From an uncultured Candidatus Saccharibacteria bacterium (GTDB taxonomy: Bacteria; Patescibacteriota; Saccharimonadia; Saccharimonadales; UBA10212), in NCBI GenBank assembly GCA_964460855.1, contig CAYWQH010000004.1, positions 39,015 through 103,014 on the forward strand: a DNA stretch of 64,000 nucleotides, given 5' to 3'. The notes beneath the pieces were generated by a model, which had not been told where the DNA came from, searched no databases, and saw only the letters and a program-made list of their open reading frames with translations. The translations under genes were made by a program, and so were the position numbers. Position 1 is the first letter of the stretch, and each line of letters opens with the position of its first letter. This document shows positions 1 to 9,224 of the stretch, piece by piece.

Positions 1-2326
1 TAACGTAGCCGAAATGAAAACCGGCGAAGGTAAAACGCTGGTGGCCACGCTGGCCATGTATTTGAACGCCCTGGAAGGCAAAGGCGCCCACCTGGTGACG
101 GTTAACGATTACCTGGCACAACGCGATGCCGGCTGGATGGGCCAGGTATACGACTATTTAAACCTTAGCTGCGGCGTTATTATCCCCGATGAGTCATATA
201 TATATGACCCGGAGTTCGAAAACAAAGACCATATCGACCCGCGTTTCCAACACTTGCGGCCGTGCAGCCGCCAAGAGGCCTACCAGGCCGACATTACTTA
301 TGGCACCAACAACGAATTCGGCTTTGACTACTTGCGCGACAACATGGTGCGCGAAACCGACCAGCTTCGCCAGCGGGCGCTGCACTACGCTATCGTTGAC
401 GAAGTAGACTCGATATTAATCGACGAAGCCCGCACGCCGCTGATTATTTCGGCCCCGGCCACGGCCAGTGGCGCGGCCTATAACCAGTTCGCCAAAATCG
501 TCCGCCAGCTTAAAAAAGAAGAGCACTACACCGTAGACGAAAAACGCCGCGAAGTGGCCTTAACCGACGAAGGCATCGACCGGGTCGAAAAAATCCTGGG
601 CGTCGAAAACCTATACTCCACCGAAAATATCCGCACGCTGTACCACCTCGACCAATCGCTGAAAGCCCAGGCGCTGTTCCACCGCGATAAAGACTATGTT
701 GTTACCAGCGACGGCGAAGTGGTAATTGTCGACGACTTTACCGGCCGCCTGCTAAAAGGCCGGCGCTATAACGAAGGCCTGCACCAAGCTATCGAAGCCA
801 AAGAAGGCGTAGAAGTACAAGAAGAATCAATGACGCTGGCTACTATCAGCTTCCAAAACCTTTTCCGCCTATACGACAAGCTGTCAGGCATGACTGGAAC
901 GGCCATGACCGAAAGCGAAGAATTCCACCAAATTTATAAAATTGACGTAGTAGAAATACCGCCCAACCGCAAAATCGTGCGCAAAGACCTGCCGGACCGG
1001 ATTTATAAAACCGAGAAGGGCAAAATTGCGGCCATTGCCAAGGATGTTAAAGCTATGCACGCTAAAGGCCAGCCGGTTTTAATCGGTACAGTCAGCGTCG
1101 AAAAGAACGAACTAATTTCGGCCGCTTTAAAGAAGGCCGGCGTGCCGCACGAAATACTTAACGCCAAAAATAACGAACGCGAAGCCGTCATTGTCTCTAA
1201 AGCCGGCCAAAAAGGCGCCGTTACCCTGGCTACCAACATTGCCGGCCGCGGAACCGACATTGTTTTAGGCGAAGACGTCAAGAAAGAACTCGGCGGCCTA
1301 TTCGTTTTGGGCAGCGAACGCCACGAATCGCGGCGCATCGACAACCAGCTGCGCGGCCGGGCCGGGCGCCAGGGCGACCCGGGCGGCACCCAGTTTTACG
1401 TATCTTGCGAAGACGAGCTGATGCGGGTATTCGGCGGCGACCGTATTAAATCGATTATGGAACGCCTGCAAGTAGACGACGAAACGCCAATAGAAAACCG
1501 AGTGATCAGCCGCAGCCTGGAAGGCGCCCAAAAGAAAGTAGAAGGCTTCAATTTTGATACCCGCAAAAACGTCGTTAAGTACGACGACGTCATGAACCGC
1601 CACCGCCGCGCTATATACTCCTTGCGCAAAGAAATCCTCAACCAGGCCGAAATTACCAACCGCGTCAAAACATTTATTCAAGAAGAGGCAACTTTTTTCG
1701 CCAACCATCCGGACTCAACCAGCGAAGAATTCGAATCGATGTTAACCGATGTATTTCCGCTGGATGATAAGACATTAGACAAGTTATTTGATACCGAAGC
1801 GTCTAAATTCGAGGCCGAACTGGCCAAAGCCGGCGAAAAATTATATAGCGAAAAAGAAGAATCTTTCGGCGCCGAAACCATGCGCAAAATCGAGCGCGAC
1901 ATATATTTACAGATATTGGATAACTTATGGATGCAGCATTTGGAAAACATGGACCATTTGCGCCAAGGTATCCACTGGGTGGGCGTCGGACAGCGCGACC
2001 CGCTGGTAGAATACCGCCGCCAGGGCCAAAAGCTTTTTGATACTTTCCAGGAAACACTGCGCCACGACATTATCCGGACTATCTTCCACGCCCAGCCGGT
2101 AGACATACAACGGCTCGACCAGGCCATTGATACCGAACTGACCAGGGCAGCCCAATCTTCCGTAGACAACGCCGATTCGATAACCAGGGCAGAGCACTTC
2201 GACGAAAGTGACTTCAGCCCCAAAAAAATCGCCGTGGAAGTTAAAAAGAGCCAGAATACCGTCCGCAAAAAAGCCCGCAAAGCCGAACGGCAGCGCCGCG
2301 CCGCCGCTAAAAAGCGCCGTAAGTAG
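1..2326 (+). CDS. secA: Preprotein translocase ATPase SecA (5' end cut by window edge)
   Basis: The ORF is open to the window start. Motifs VAEMKTGEGKT (Walker A) and TNIAGRGTDI are present. The tail is Lys/Arg-rich and no terminal Cys-rich Zn motif is seen. Confidence 0.97.
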   Translation, partial: NVAEMKTGEGKTLVATLAMYLNALEGKGAHLVTVNDYLAQRDAGWMGQVYDYLNLSCGVIIPDESYIYDPEFENKDHIDPRFQHLRPCSRQEAYQADITYGTNNEFGFDYLRDNMVRETDQLRQRALHYAIVDEVDSILIDEARTPLIISAPATASGAAYNQFAKIVRQLKKEEHYTVDEKRREVALTDEGIDRVEKILGVENLYSTENIRTLYHLDQSLKAQALFHRDKDYVVTSDGEVVIVDDFTGRLLKGRRYNEGLHQAIEAKEGVEVQEESMTLATISFQNLFRLYDKLSGMTGTAMTESEEFHQIYKIDVVEIPPNRKIVRKDLPDRIYKTEKGKIAAIAKDVKAMHAKGQPVLIGTVSVEKNELISAALKKAGVPHEILNAKNNEREAVIVSKAGQKGAVTLATNIAGRGTDIVLGEDVKKELGGLFVLGSERHESRRIDNQLRGRAGRQGDPGGTQFYVSCEDELMRVFGGDRIKSIMERLQVDDETPIENRVISRSLEGAQKKVEGFNFDTRKNVVKYDDVMNRHRRAIYSLRKEILNQAEITNRVKTFIQEEATFFANHPDSTSEEFESMLTDVFPLDDKTLDKLFDTEASKFEAELAKAGEKLYSEKEESFGAETMRKIERDIYLQILDNLWMQHLENMDHLRQGIHWVGVGQRDPLVEYRRQGQKLFDTFQETLRHDIIRTIFHAQPVDIQRLDQAIDTELTRAAQSSVDNADSITRAEHFDESDFSPKKIAVEVKKSQNTVRKKARKAERQRRAAAKKRRK

Positions 2327-2332
2327 CCAGCA

Positions 2333-3616
2333 GTGAAACATACAGTCTCTGAAGTGGTATTAGATAATGGCGCCAAAGGCCTGCTGATAGATATCCCAGA
2401 CGCCAGCGTCATGAGTTTTGAATTCAATTTTAGGGCCGGCGAATACCTGGTGGAGCGCGATAAATGGGAAACCCCCCATTTAATGGAGCACGTTGTACTG
2501 GGGGCCAACCAGCTAATACCCAAAGCCCGGGCGTTCCAGGCCGAGTTCGAAAAAAACGGGGCTTACAGTAATGCCAGCACAAGTGTTTATAACATCAACT
2601 ATGAAGCCGAAAGCGCCGAATTCGAATGGGAAAGGGTATTGGAGCTTTTGCTGGTAGCTATCAGTAAACCGCTGTTTTTAAAGGATGAATTCGACGCCGA
2701 ATTCGGCAACGTCCGCGACGAGCTGGTCAGCCGCAGCAACAACCATTTCCGCCACTTAAACCTGGCCTTGCGCCAAGCTTACGGTTTGCTGGCCTTAACT
2801 GACCAGCAGCGGCTGCGGCTAATGCGCAACGTCAACCGCGAAGACATAGCCAACCATTTTAAAAAGACCCATATAACCCGTAATATGCGTTTCGTCGTAG
2901 CCGGCAACCTAAAAGGCCGGAAGCAAATTATCCGTCGGATGATTGGCGAAATTAAACTGCCCCGTGGCCGACAGCGCTTCGAGCTGCCCGCCGAAATCCC
3001 GACCAACCCGGTTAAACCGGTGTTCATTCCAAATAAATCCGTCGAAAATATTTATTTTTATATCGACACATATGCCGTCCACCGTTTCGCGAAAAACGAA
3101 TGGGACGCGCTTCAGCTGGTAAATACCATGCTGACGGAAACGCTATATTCCCGGATGCTAGGCGAAGCCCGGGAACGCGGTTTGGTGTACTCGATGGGCT
3201 CAGACCTGGGCTATACCCGCAGCGCTTCGTCCTGGTGGTTCGGCGCCCAGGTTTTGCCGGAAAACGCTCCGCCGCTGTTTGAAATAATTATCCGTGAATT
3301 AAACCGGGTGCGGCAGGGAGATTTTACGGCCGAAGAACTCGATGCCTCCAAGCAATACTTGCTGGGCCGCTACCAGCGCAGCGCCCAAACGGTCGGCGGT
3401 ACGGCCGCCGGCTACAGTAACGCATATTATTTTGACGAAGAAATCGAAGATTATTACGCCATTCCGGCCCGCATAAAAGCTGTTACCAAAAACCGCATAA
3501 TCGAAGCGGCCGAGCGGATGTTTACTGATAAGATCGGCGGCGTCGGTATACTGGGCAGCGCCAGCCGCGAAGCCGTAGAGTATTTGAATAACCAGGTAGG
3601 GGAACTGTGGCGCTAA
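2333..3616 (+). CDS. M16 (pitrilysin/insulinase-like) zinc peptidase
   Basis: GTG start 6 nt after secA. HLMEH (HxxEH zinc site) lies near the N-terminus. The 427-aa length fits a two-lobe M16 protein. Confidence 0.8.
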   Translation: MKHTVSEVVLDNGAKGLLIDIPDASVMSFEFNFRAGEYLVERDKWETPHLMEHVVLGANQLIPKARAFQAEFEKNGAYSNASTSVYNINYEAESAEFEWERVLELLLVAISKPLFLKDEFDAEFGNVRDELVSRSNNHFRHLNLALRQAYGLLALTDQQRLRLMRNVNREDIANHFKKTHITRNMRFVVAGNLKGRKQIIRRMIGEIKLPRGRQRFELPAEIPTNPVKPVFIPNKSVENIYFYIDTYAVHRFAKNEWDALQLVNTMLTETLYSRMLGEARERGLVYSMGSDLGYTRSASSWWFGAQVLPENAPPLFEIIIRELNRVRQGDFTAEELDASKQYLLGRYQRSAQTVGGTAAGYSNAYYFDEEIEDYYAIPARIKAVTKNRIIEAAERMFTDKIGGVGILGSASREAVEYLNNQVGELWR

Positions 3617-3631
3617 GCGCCGGCCAATGCC

Positions 3632-4720
3632 ATGAAACCCATCCAAGACCGCATAAACGCCTTAACCGCCGACGCCGAGGCGACCATATACAAATTGCAG
3701 CTACATAAAAAAGAATCGGAAATCGACCGTTTATCTAATTTAATGTTGCAGCCCGATTTTTGGCAAACCAACTCCGACGCCCAGGCTATCAGCATCCAGC
3801 TTTCAAAACTTGAGCAACAGGTTTTGCCGTGGCAGGACTTGCAGCGCGGCCTGCAGGAAATACAAGAACTGGCCGCTTTAAACGACACATCGATGGCCGA
3901 AGAACTGCAAAAAACGGCCGATAAATATTCCAGGCAGCTGGATAAACTAAAAGAAGATCTAAAGTTTAACGGGCCATACGACAACCACGACGTAATCGTA
4001 GCTTTGTTTGCCGGTGCCGGCGGCACGGATGCCCAGGACTGGACCGAAATGATGATGCGGATGTATATCCGCTGGGCCGAATCGGAAAGGCTGCCGGTAA
4101 AAGTTATAGAACAGATGCCAGGCGACGAAGCCGGCCTTAAAAGCGCTACGTTTGAGATTGACGGGCCGTATGCATATGGCAAGTTAAAAGGCGAAAACGG
4201 CGTACACCGCTTAGTGCGCCTCAGCCCGTTTAACTCCGACAACTTAAGGCAAACCAGTTTTGCACGCGTCGAAGTTTTGCCCAAAATCGACCGCCCCGGC
4301 GACCTGGAAATTAACGACAAAGACCTTAAAATCGATACTTACCGGGCCAGCGGGCACGGCGGCCAGAGCGTTAATACCACCGATTCGGCCGTCAGGATTA
4401 CGCACCTGCCAACCGGCATAACCGTCGCCATTCAAAACGAACGCAGCCAGCTGCAAAATAAAGAGCTGGCCATGACGATATTGCGCTCCCGGCTGGCGGC
4501 CATGCAGATAGAGCAGCACGCCAAAAATATCGAACAGCTAAAAGGCCCAAGCAAGTCGGCCGAATGGGGCAACCAGATTCGCAGTTACGTACTGCATCCC
4601 TACAAGCAAGTAAAAGACCTGCGCAGCAAATACGAAAGCAGCGACGCCCAGGCGGTGCTAGACGGCCAGCTCAACCCGCTGATAAGCGCCTACCTGGACC
4701 ACACCCTGGGCGACACCTAA
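3632..4720 (+). CDS. prfB: Peptide chain release factor 2
   Basis: SPF stop-recognition tripeptide and GGQ (HGGQSVNTT) are present. The ORF is a single uninterrupted frame. Confidence 0.95.
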   Translation: MKPIQDRINALTADAEATIYKLQLHKKESEIDRLSNLMLQPDFWQTNSDAQAISIQLSKLEQQVLPWQDLQRGLQEIQELAALNDTSMAEELQKTADKYSRQLDKLKEDLKFNGPYDNHDVIVALFAGAGGTDAQDWTEMMMRMYIRWAESERLPVKVIEQMPGDEAGLKSATFEIDGPYAYGKLKGENGVHRLVRLSPFNSDNLRQTSFARVEVLPKIDRPGDLEINDKDLKIDTYRASGHGGQSVNTTDSAVRITHLPTGITVAIQNERSQLQNKELAMTILRSRLAAMQIEQHAKNIEQLKGPSKSAEWGNQIRSYVLHPYKQVKDLRSKYESSDAQAVLDGQLNPLISAYLDHTLGDT

Positions 4721-4750
4721 GGCGCTGGTGCTTATCTGCTATACTAGCTA

Positions 4751-5437
4751 TTGATGATTTTACTCGATAGAGTAACCAAAGTTTACAACCGAAAAGGCGC
4801 GGCTATAGAGCGCATTAGCCTTCATGTTGAACCCAAAGAATTCGTGATAATCGTTGGCGCCAGCGGGGCCGGAAAATCCACTTTGCTAAAGCTGCTGACG
4901 CGCGAAGAAAAACCAACCAGCGGCAAAATAATCGTCGGCGGCATCGATTATGAACGGCTCAAAGACAAAGACGTGCCGTACCTGCGGCGTAAAATCGGCG
5001 TCGTTTTCCAAGACTTTAAACTCTTGCCCAATAAGACGGTATTCGAAAACGTGGCCTTCGCGCTGGAGATAGTCGGTTTGAGCAACCGCGAAATCCGCCA
5101 TACAGTGCCAAAAGTTTTAGATATAGTCGGGCTAAAGGGCAAAGAGGAGCGTTATCCTTTGGAATTGTCCGGCGGCGAACGCCAGCGGGTGGCTATCGCC
5201 CGGGCTGTCGTGCGCCAGCCTAAAATTTTAATAGCCGACGAACCTACCGGCAACTTAGACCCTAAACATGCCTGGGACGTGGTCCGCGTGCTGGAAAAAA
5301 TCAACCGTTTTGGCACCACCGTGCTGTTAACCACCCATAACCAGGAAATTGTTAACTCATTGCGCCGCCGGGTAGTTACCATAAAAGACGGCCATATTAT
5401 AAGTGATAAGGCCAGCGGCAGTTATAAACAGGCATGA
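4751..5437 (+). CDS. ftsE: Cell-division ABC ATPase FtsE
   Basis: Walker A GASGAGKST, signature LSGGERQR and Walker B ILIADEPT. Overlaps the next gene by 4 nt (ATGA). The start may be TTG 4751 or ATG 4754. Confidence 0.93.
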   Translation: MMILLDRVTKVYNRKGAAIERISLHVEPKEFVIIVGASGAGKSTLLKLLTREEKPTSGKIIVGGIDYERLKDKDVPYLRRKIGVVFQDFKLLPNKTVFENVAFALEIVGLSNREIRHTVPKVLDIVGLKGKEERYPLELSGGERQRVAIARAVVRQPKILIADEPTGNLDPKHAWDVVRVLEKINRFGTTVLLTTHNQEIVNSLRRRVVTIKDGHIISDKASGSYKQA

Positions 5438-6372
5438 AGCGCAAATTTATTACCCTTAACCGTATTCTCGTTGCCGGCACCCAAAATTTTTTCCGCAACG
5501 CCTGGCTCAGCGTAGCGGCCACGGCGGTAATGGTGGTGGCCTTAACTATCATATTACTAGCCGTAGTCTTAAATATTACCGCCCGCAATGCCATTGCCAA
5601 CCTATCCGCTAATTTAAAAGCGTCGATATATTTGAAAGAAAATGTTTCGCAAGACCGGCAAGACCAACTAACCAAAGAACTGTATGCCACCGGCAATGTA
5701 AGTTCGATTAACTTTGTCAGCCAGGACCAGGCCCGCAAAAACTTTACGGCCAGCTTCCAAAATGACGATAAGCTGCTGGAAGGTTTGGCTTTGGCCGGCT
5801 CCGATACTTTGCCGGCATCGCTGGAAGTTAGCGTTAAGGATTTATCCAAAATTTCGGACGTCCAAAGCATAGCACAAAAAGACCAGTACAAAGATATTGT
5901 CGACAGTGTAACGCTAGGTAAAACCGACGTTAAAAAAACCATCGACCGGGCCGCCGGCGCCCAGCATTATATAACTGTAGCCAGCATCGTTTCGGCCAGT
6001 ATCTTTGCTGTTGTATCGATGCTCATTATTTTCAATACCATACGCATGGCTATTTATACGCGTAGCGAAGAAATCCGTATCATGAAATTAATCGGCGCCA
6101 CGCCAAACTATATCCGCGGGCCCTTTTTAGTGGAGTCTTCTATATACGGCATAATTGCTGGCTTAATTGCCAACCTGGCAGTCTTTTCCTTAATCGCCTC
6201 GTTAGGCCCTAAACTATCCACGCAGGAAGAATTCGCCGCGACGTTTCACTTCTTAAACCAAACTTCTACTGTTGTAATATTTTTAATAGGCGGTATTGGT
6301 TTGGGCATGATAGTAGGCATGTTTTCTTCGATGCTGGCAATGGAGCGCTACCTCAATTTCAAACACTGGTAG
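5434..6372 (+). CDS. ftsX: Cell-division permease-like FtsX
   Basis: Translationally coupled to ftsE. One N-terminal TM helix, a large extracytoplasmic loop and three C-terminal TM helices. Confidence 0.85.
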   Translation: MKRKFITLNRILVAGTQNFFRNAWLSVAATAVMVVALTIILLAVVLNITARNAIANLSANLKASIYLKENVSQDRQDQLTKELYATGNVSSINFVSQDQARKNFTASFQNDDKLLEGLALAGSDTLPASLEVSVKDLSKISDVQSIAQKDQYKDIVDSVTLGKTDVKKTIDRAAGAQHYITVASIVSASIFAVVSMLIIFNTIRMAIYTRSEEIRIMKLIGATPNYIRGPFLVESSIYGIIAGLIANLAVFSLIASLGPKLSTQEEFAATFHFLNQTSTVVIFLIGGIGLGMIVGMFSSMLAMERYLNFKHW

Positions 6373-6462
6373 AATTGCTTTTGCCGTGGAATCCGCAACA
6401 CCCTTGAATTGCTATTAGGGCAAGCATATACTGTTATTACGCGTAAAGTATAATAAAAAAGC

Positions 6463-7599
6463 ATGTCAAAAATTAACCGCGCCCGACAAATTTATAATTT
6501 CTCTGTAATATTTGCCTCTTTGGCGGCTATGATTTTTTGTTATGGCACCATGACACCCAAGGTAGCCAAAGCTGCCTCCAGCGGCGAACTCCGGGCCCAG
6601 GTTAATAATCTCCAGGCCCAAATAGACGCCAGCAAAGCCAAACTTGCCGACTTGGGGGCCCAGGAAGATTCCCTAAAAAAGACTATTGGCGCCTTGGACG
6701 AACAGATTAACCAGGCTGTAATCCAAATCCAACTTTACGACGCCAAAATTGCCGAACTGCAAGATAAACTCGACCAAACCCAAAAAGAGCTGGACCGCCA
6801 AAAGGATTTATTAAAAGAAAGCATGCGTACTTTATATAAGAAAAAGGGCGCATCCACTGTCGAGCTGCTGGCTAGCAGCGATTCTTTTTCGCAATTTATC
6901 GACCAACAGGAGTACCTCGAACGCTTAAAGGGCAGCATCCAAACTTCGGCCGAGCAGGTGATTGACCTTAAAAAACAGATCGAAACCGAGCAAGACCAGC
7001 AAAAACAACTGCGCCAGCAGCAAGAAGACCAAAAGCGTGACCTCGATGCCAAACGGGCCGACCGGGCTAATGTTTTGGCCCAAACCCAGGGCGACGAAGC
7101 CAACTACCATTCAATGTTGGAAAATTTGAAAGCGCAGCAGCTTAAAGTAAACCAACAGCTAGCCGCCCAGATGGTTCTGGAAAGCGGCAATGGCACAAAC
7201 GGCGGTTATCCGTATAACAACTGGCCGTTTAGTATGGCTGGTCCCGGCTGTGTTGCCGGCGACGGTCCGGACCGTTGGGGTTATTGCACCCGCCAATGTG
7301 TAAGTTATGCCGCCTGGGCCGTAGAACGTTCCGGCCGCCACGCGCCAATGTATTACGGCAATGCTAACATGTGGGTCGGTTCGGCCCGGGCCGATGGCAT
7401 ACCGGTCGACACTACACCCCGTACCGGCGACGTAGCGATCTTTACTGGTGGTAACTGGGGCCATGCCCAGTATGTGGACGCCGTGTATGGCGATGGAACT
7501 ATGCGCATCAGCCAGTATAATATTTTGCTGGACGGCCGCTACAGCGAAGCTACTGTATCGACATCACGTTCTGGCTGGTATTACATCCATTTTCCTTGA
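6463..7599 (+). CDS. Secreted coiled-coil + C-terminal CHAP peptidoglycan hydrolase (PcsB-like)
   Basis: N-terminal TM/signal, then about 200 aa of heptad-like Q/K/E/L-rich sequence. The C-terminal CHAP domain has Cys (CTRQCVSYAAW) and His (GHAQYVDAV). TATAAT lies at 6449-6454, 8 nt before the ATG. Confidence 0.8.
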   Translation: MSKINRARQIYNFSVIFASLAAMIFCYGTMTPKVAKAASSGELRAQVNNLQAQIDASKAKLADLGAQEDSLKKTIGALDEQINQAVIQIQLYDAKIAELQDKLDQTQKELDRQKDLLKESMRTLYKKKGASTVELLASSDSFSQFIDQQEYLERLKGSIQTSAEQVIDLKKQIETEQDQQKQLRQQQEDQKRDLDAKRADRANVLAQTQGDEANYHSMLENLKAQQLKVNQQLAAQMVLESGNGTNGGYPYNNWPFSMAGPGCVAGDGPDRWGYCTRQCVSYAAWAVERSGRHAPMYYGNANMWVGSARADGIPVDTTPRTGDVAIFTGGNWGHAQYVDAVYGDGTMRISQYNILLDGRYSEATVSTSRSGWYYIHFP

Positions 7600-7624
7600 A
7601 ATTCCTAGCAAAATTCCTGCACCA

Positions 7625-7668
7625 CCCCGAAAAAGGCCGGGCATAGCCCGATCTTTCTCGGGGTTTTT
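7625..7668 (+). terminator. Intrinsic terminator after the CHAP gene
   Basis: Arms CCCCGAAAAAG and CTTTCTCGGGG with an inner CGGGC/GCCCG stem, followed by TTTTT. Confidence 0.75.
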
Positions 7669-7889
7669 GGCGCATTACTGCGTCAAAAGTTCCAGTGCTC
7701 CTTCACCGTACATTCCCGTACGGCTCAGTCCGCGCTTCACTTTTTCCTTGTACTGCATCCAAATGCAGAAATTTTCTTTAGGAATTCAAGTTTCAGCTGA
7801 TGCTCAGTTTTAAAAACTAGAATATATTAATTGAAGCGTTAAAGCTTAACTTGCTATACTATTAGGGATTTTTAGAGGGGTATTTTAGA

Positions 7890-9134
7890 TTGTCCGCAAA
7901 AAAAGAAATACCTGTTGACCCGACTGCCCAAAACCAAAGCAGCCAGCTCAGCAGCCGCAATATATATGTAAAAATACTGGTGTTAGTATTAATTTTTGCC
8001 GCCGGTTATATTTTGGGCCATGGTAAGTGGCAATTGGGCAGTAATTTCGCCTCCAGCAACAAGAACTTGCCCAACTCGCTGGATTATTCATCCGTAAATG
8101 ACGCTTATAACATTTTAAAGCGCGATTATGACGGCCAGTTATCGCAAGATCAGATTCTGGACGGCCTTAAAGAGGGCCTGGCCAAAGCCACCGGCGACCC
8201 TTATACAGAGTATTTCAACAAAGCTGACGCCCAGGGATTTAACGACCAATTGACCGGTTCGTTCGAAGGTATTGGCGCCGAACTCGGCAAAGACAGCAGC
8301 GACAATATCATAATCGTCTCGCCGCTGGCCGGCTTTCCAGCCGACAAAGCCGGGCTGCGACCCAAGGATATTATTTACAAGATTAATGACAAACCGACAA
8401 CCGGTATGACCATTAATGACGCGGTAAAACAAATCCGCGGGCCTAAAGGTACCAGCGTTAAGCTTACGATAGTGCGCGGCACCCAAAGCCCGCTCGAAAT
8501 CAACGTTACCCGCGATACAATTTCGATACCCAGCGTAACCAGCAAAATAGACGGCAACGTCGGCTACTTAAAAATCAGCCAATTCGGCAACGATACCGTA
8601 GATCTTGCCCAAAAAGCGGCCGCCGATTTTAAGGCCAAAGGCGTTAAAGCAGTGGTGCTGGACTTACGTAATAACCCCGGCGGTTACCTCGACGGGGCCG
8701 TAGACGTATCGAGCCTATGGCTTAACCCCAACCAAAAAGTGGTTTCCGAAAAACGGGGCAGTACAACGATTGATACTAAATATGCCCGGGGCACGGCAAC
8801 ACTAGCCGGATTGCCTACGGTAGTGCTCATTAACGACGGCAGCGCCAGTGCCAGCGAAATTACCGCCGGCGCCCTAAAAGATAACGGCGCGGCCACTTTG
8901 CTGGGCATAAAAAGCTTCGGCAAAGGCAGCGTCCAGCAGGTTGAGCAATTAGCCGGCGGGGCAGAGATAAAAGTTACCATCGCCCGCTGGTATACGCCGG
9001 CCGGTAAGAATATCGATAAAGCCGGCATCACCCCGGATGTTGTTATCCAATTATCGGACGACGATATTAAAAACAGCCGCGACCCGCAAAAAGATAAGGC
9101 CTACGAAATTCTCAACCAAAAAATCGGCGGCTAA
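7890..9134 (+). CDS. ctpA: C-terminal processing (S41, PDZ-containing) peptidase
   Basis: TTG start after a GAGGGG SD. N-terminal TM anchor, a PDZ-like region, and S41 core motifs (NPGGYL, GSASASEI). Confidence 0.85.
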   Translation: MSAKKEIPVDPTAQNQSSQLSSRNIYVKILVLVLIFAAGYILGHGKWQLGSNFASSNKNLPNSLDYSSVNDAYNILKRDYDGQLSQDQILDGLKEGLAKATGDPYTEYFNKADAQGFNDQLTGSFEGIGAELGKDSSDNIIIVSPLAGFPADKAGLRPKDIIYKINDKPTTGMTINDAVKQIRGPKGTSVKLTIVRGTQSPLEINVTRDTISIPSVTSKIDGNVGYLKISQFGNDTVDLAQKAAADFKAKGVKAVVLDLRNNPGGYLDGAVDVSSLWLNPNQKVVSEKRGSTTIDTKYARGTATLAGLPTVVLINDGSASASEITAGALKDNGAATLLGIKSFGKGSVQQVEQLAGGAEIKVTIARWYTPAGKNIDKAGITPDVVIQLSDDDIKNSRDPQKDKAYEILNQKIGG

Positions 9135-9224
9135 TCCCAGCATGAGCTGGTTGTGATAAAAACCTTGCCCGCTGGGCTAGCTTTAGCGTAGTATCAATTA
9201 AGATTTTGATTTTTAAGGAGGCAA

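Noticed and set aside
1678-2523. 281-aa minus-strand ORF spanning the secA 3' end and the M16 peptidase 5' end
   Set aside because: It is antisense to two motif-supported genes and crosses their junction. The Ser/Leu/Arg-rich composition is typical of the reverse frame of a coding region. No promoter or SD is present.
3613-4320. 235-aa minus-strand ORF antisense to prfB
   Set aside because: It lies opposite a gene with SPF and GGQ motifs. Composition is low-complexity Ser/Cys/Leu-rich and there are no start signals.
5397-5942. 181-aa minus-strand ORF antisense to ftsX. There are similar long antisense ORFs at 14636-15163 (xseA) and 47172-47810 (der).
   Set aside because: All overlap well-supported genes on the other strand. 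They are frame shadows with no independent support.
7673-7889. Third copy of the long-hairpin element, or an sRNA, between the CHAP gene terminator and the protease gene
   Set aside because: It contains small hairpins (CCGTAC/GTACGG, CTGCAT/ATGCAG). Neither conserved core block nor a long-range stem is present, and similarity to the elements is too weak.
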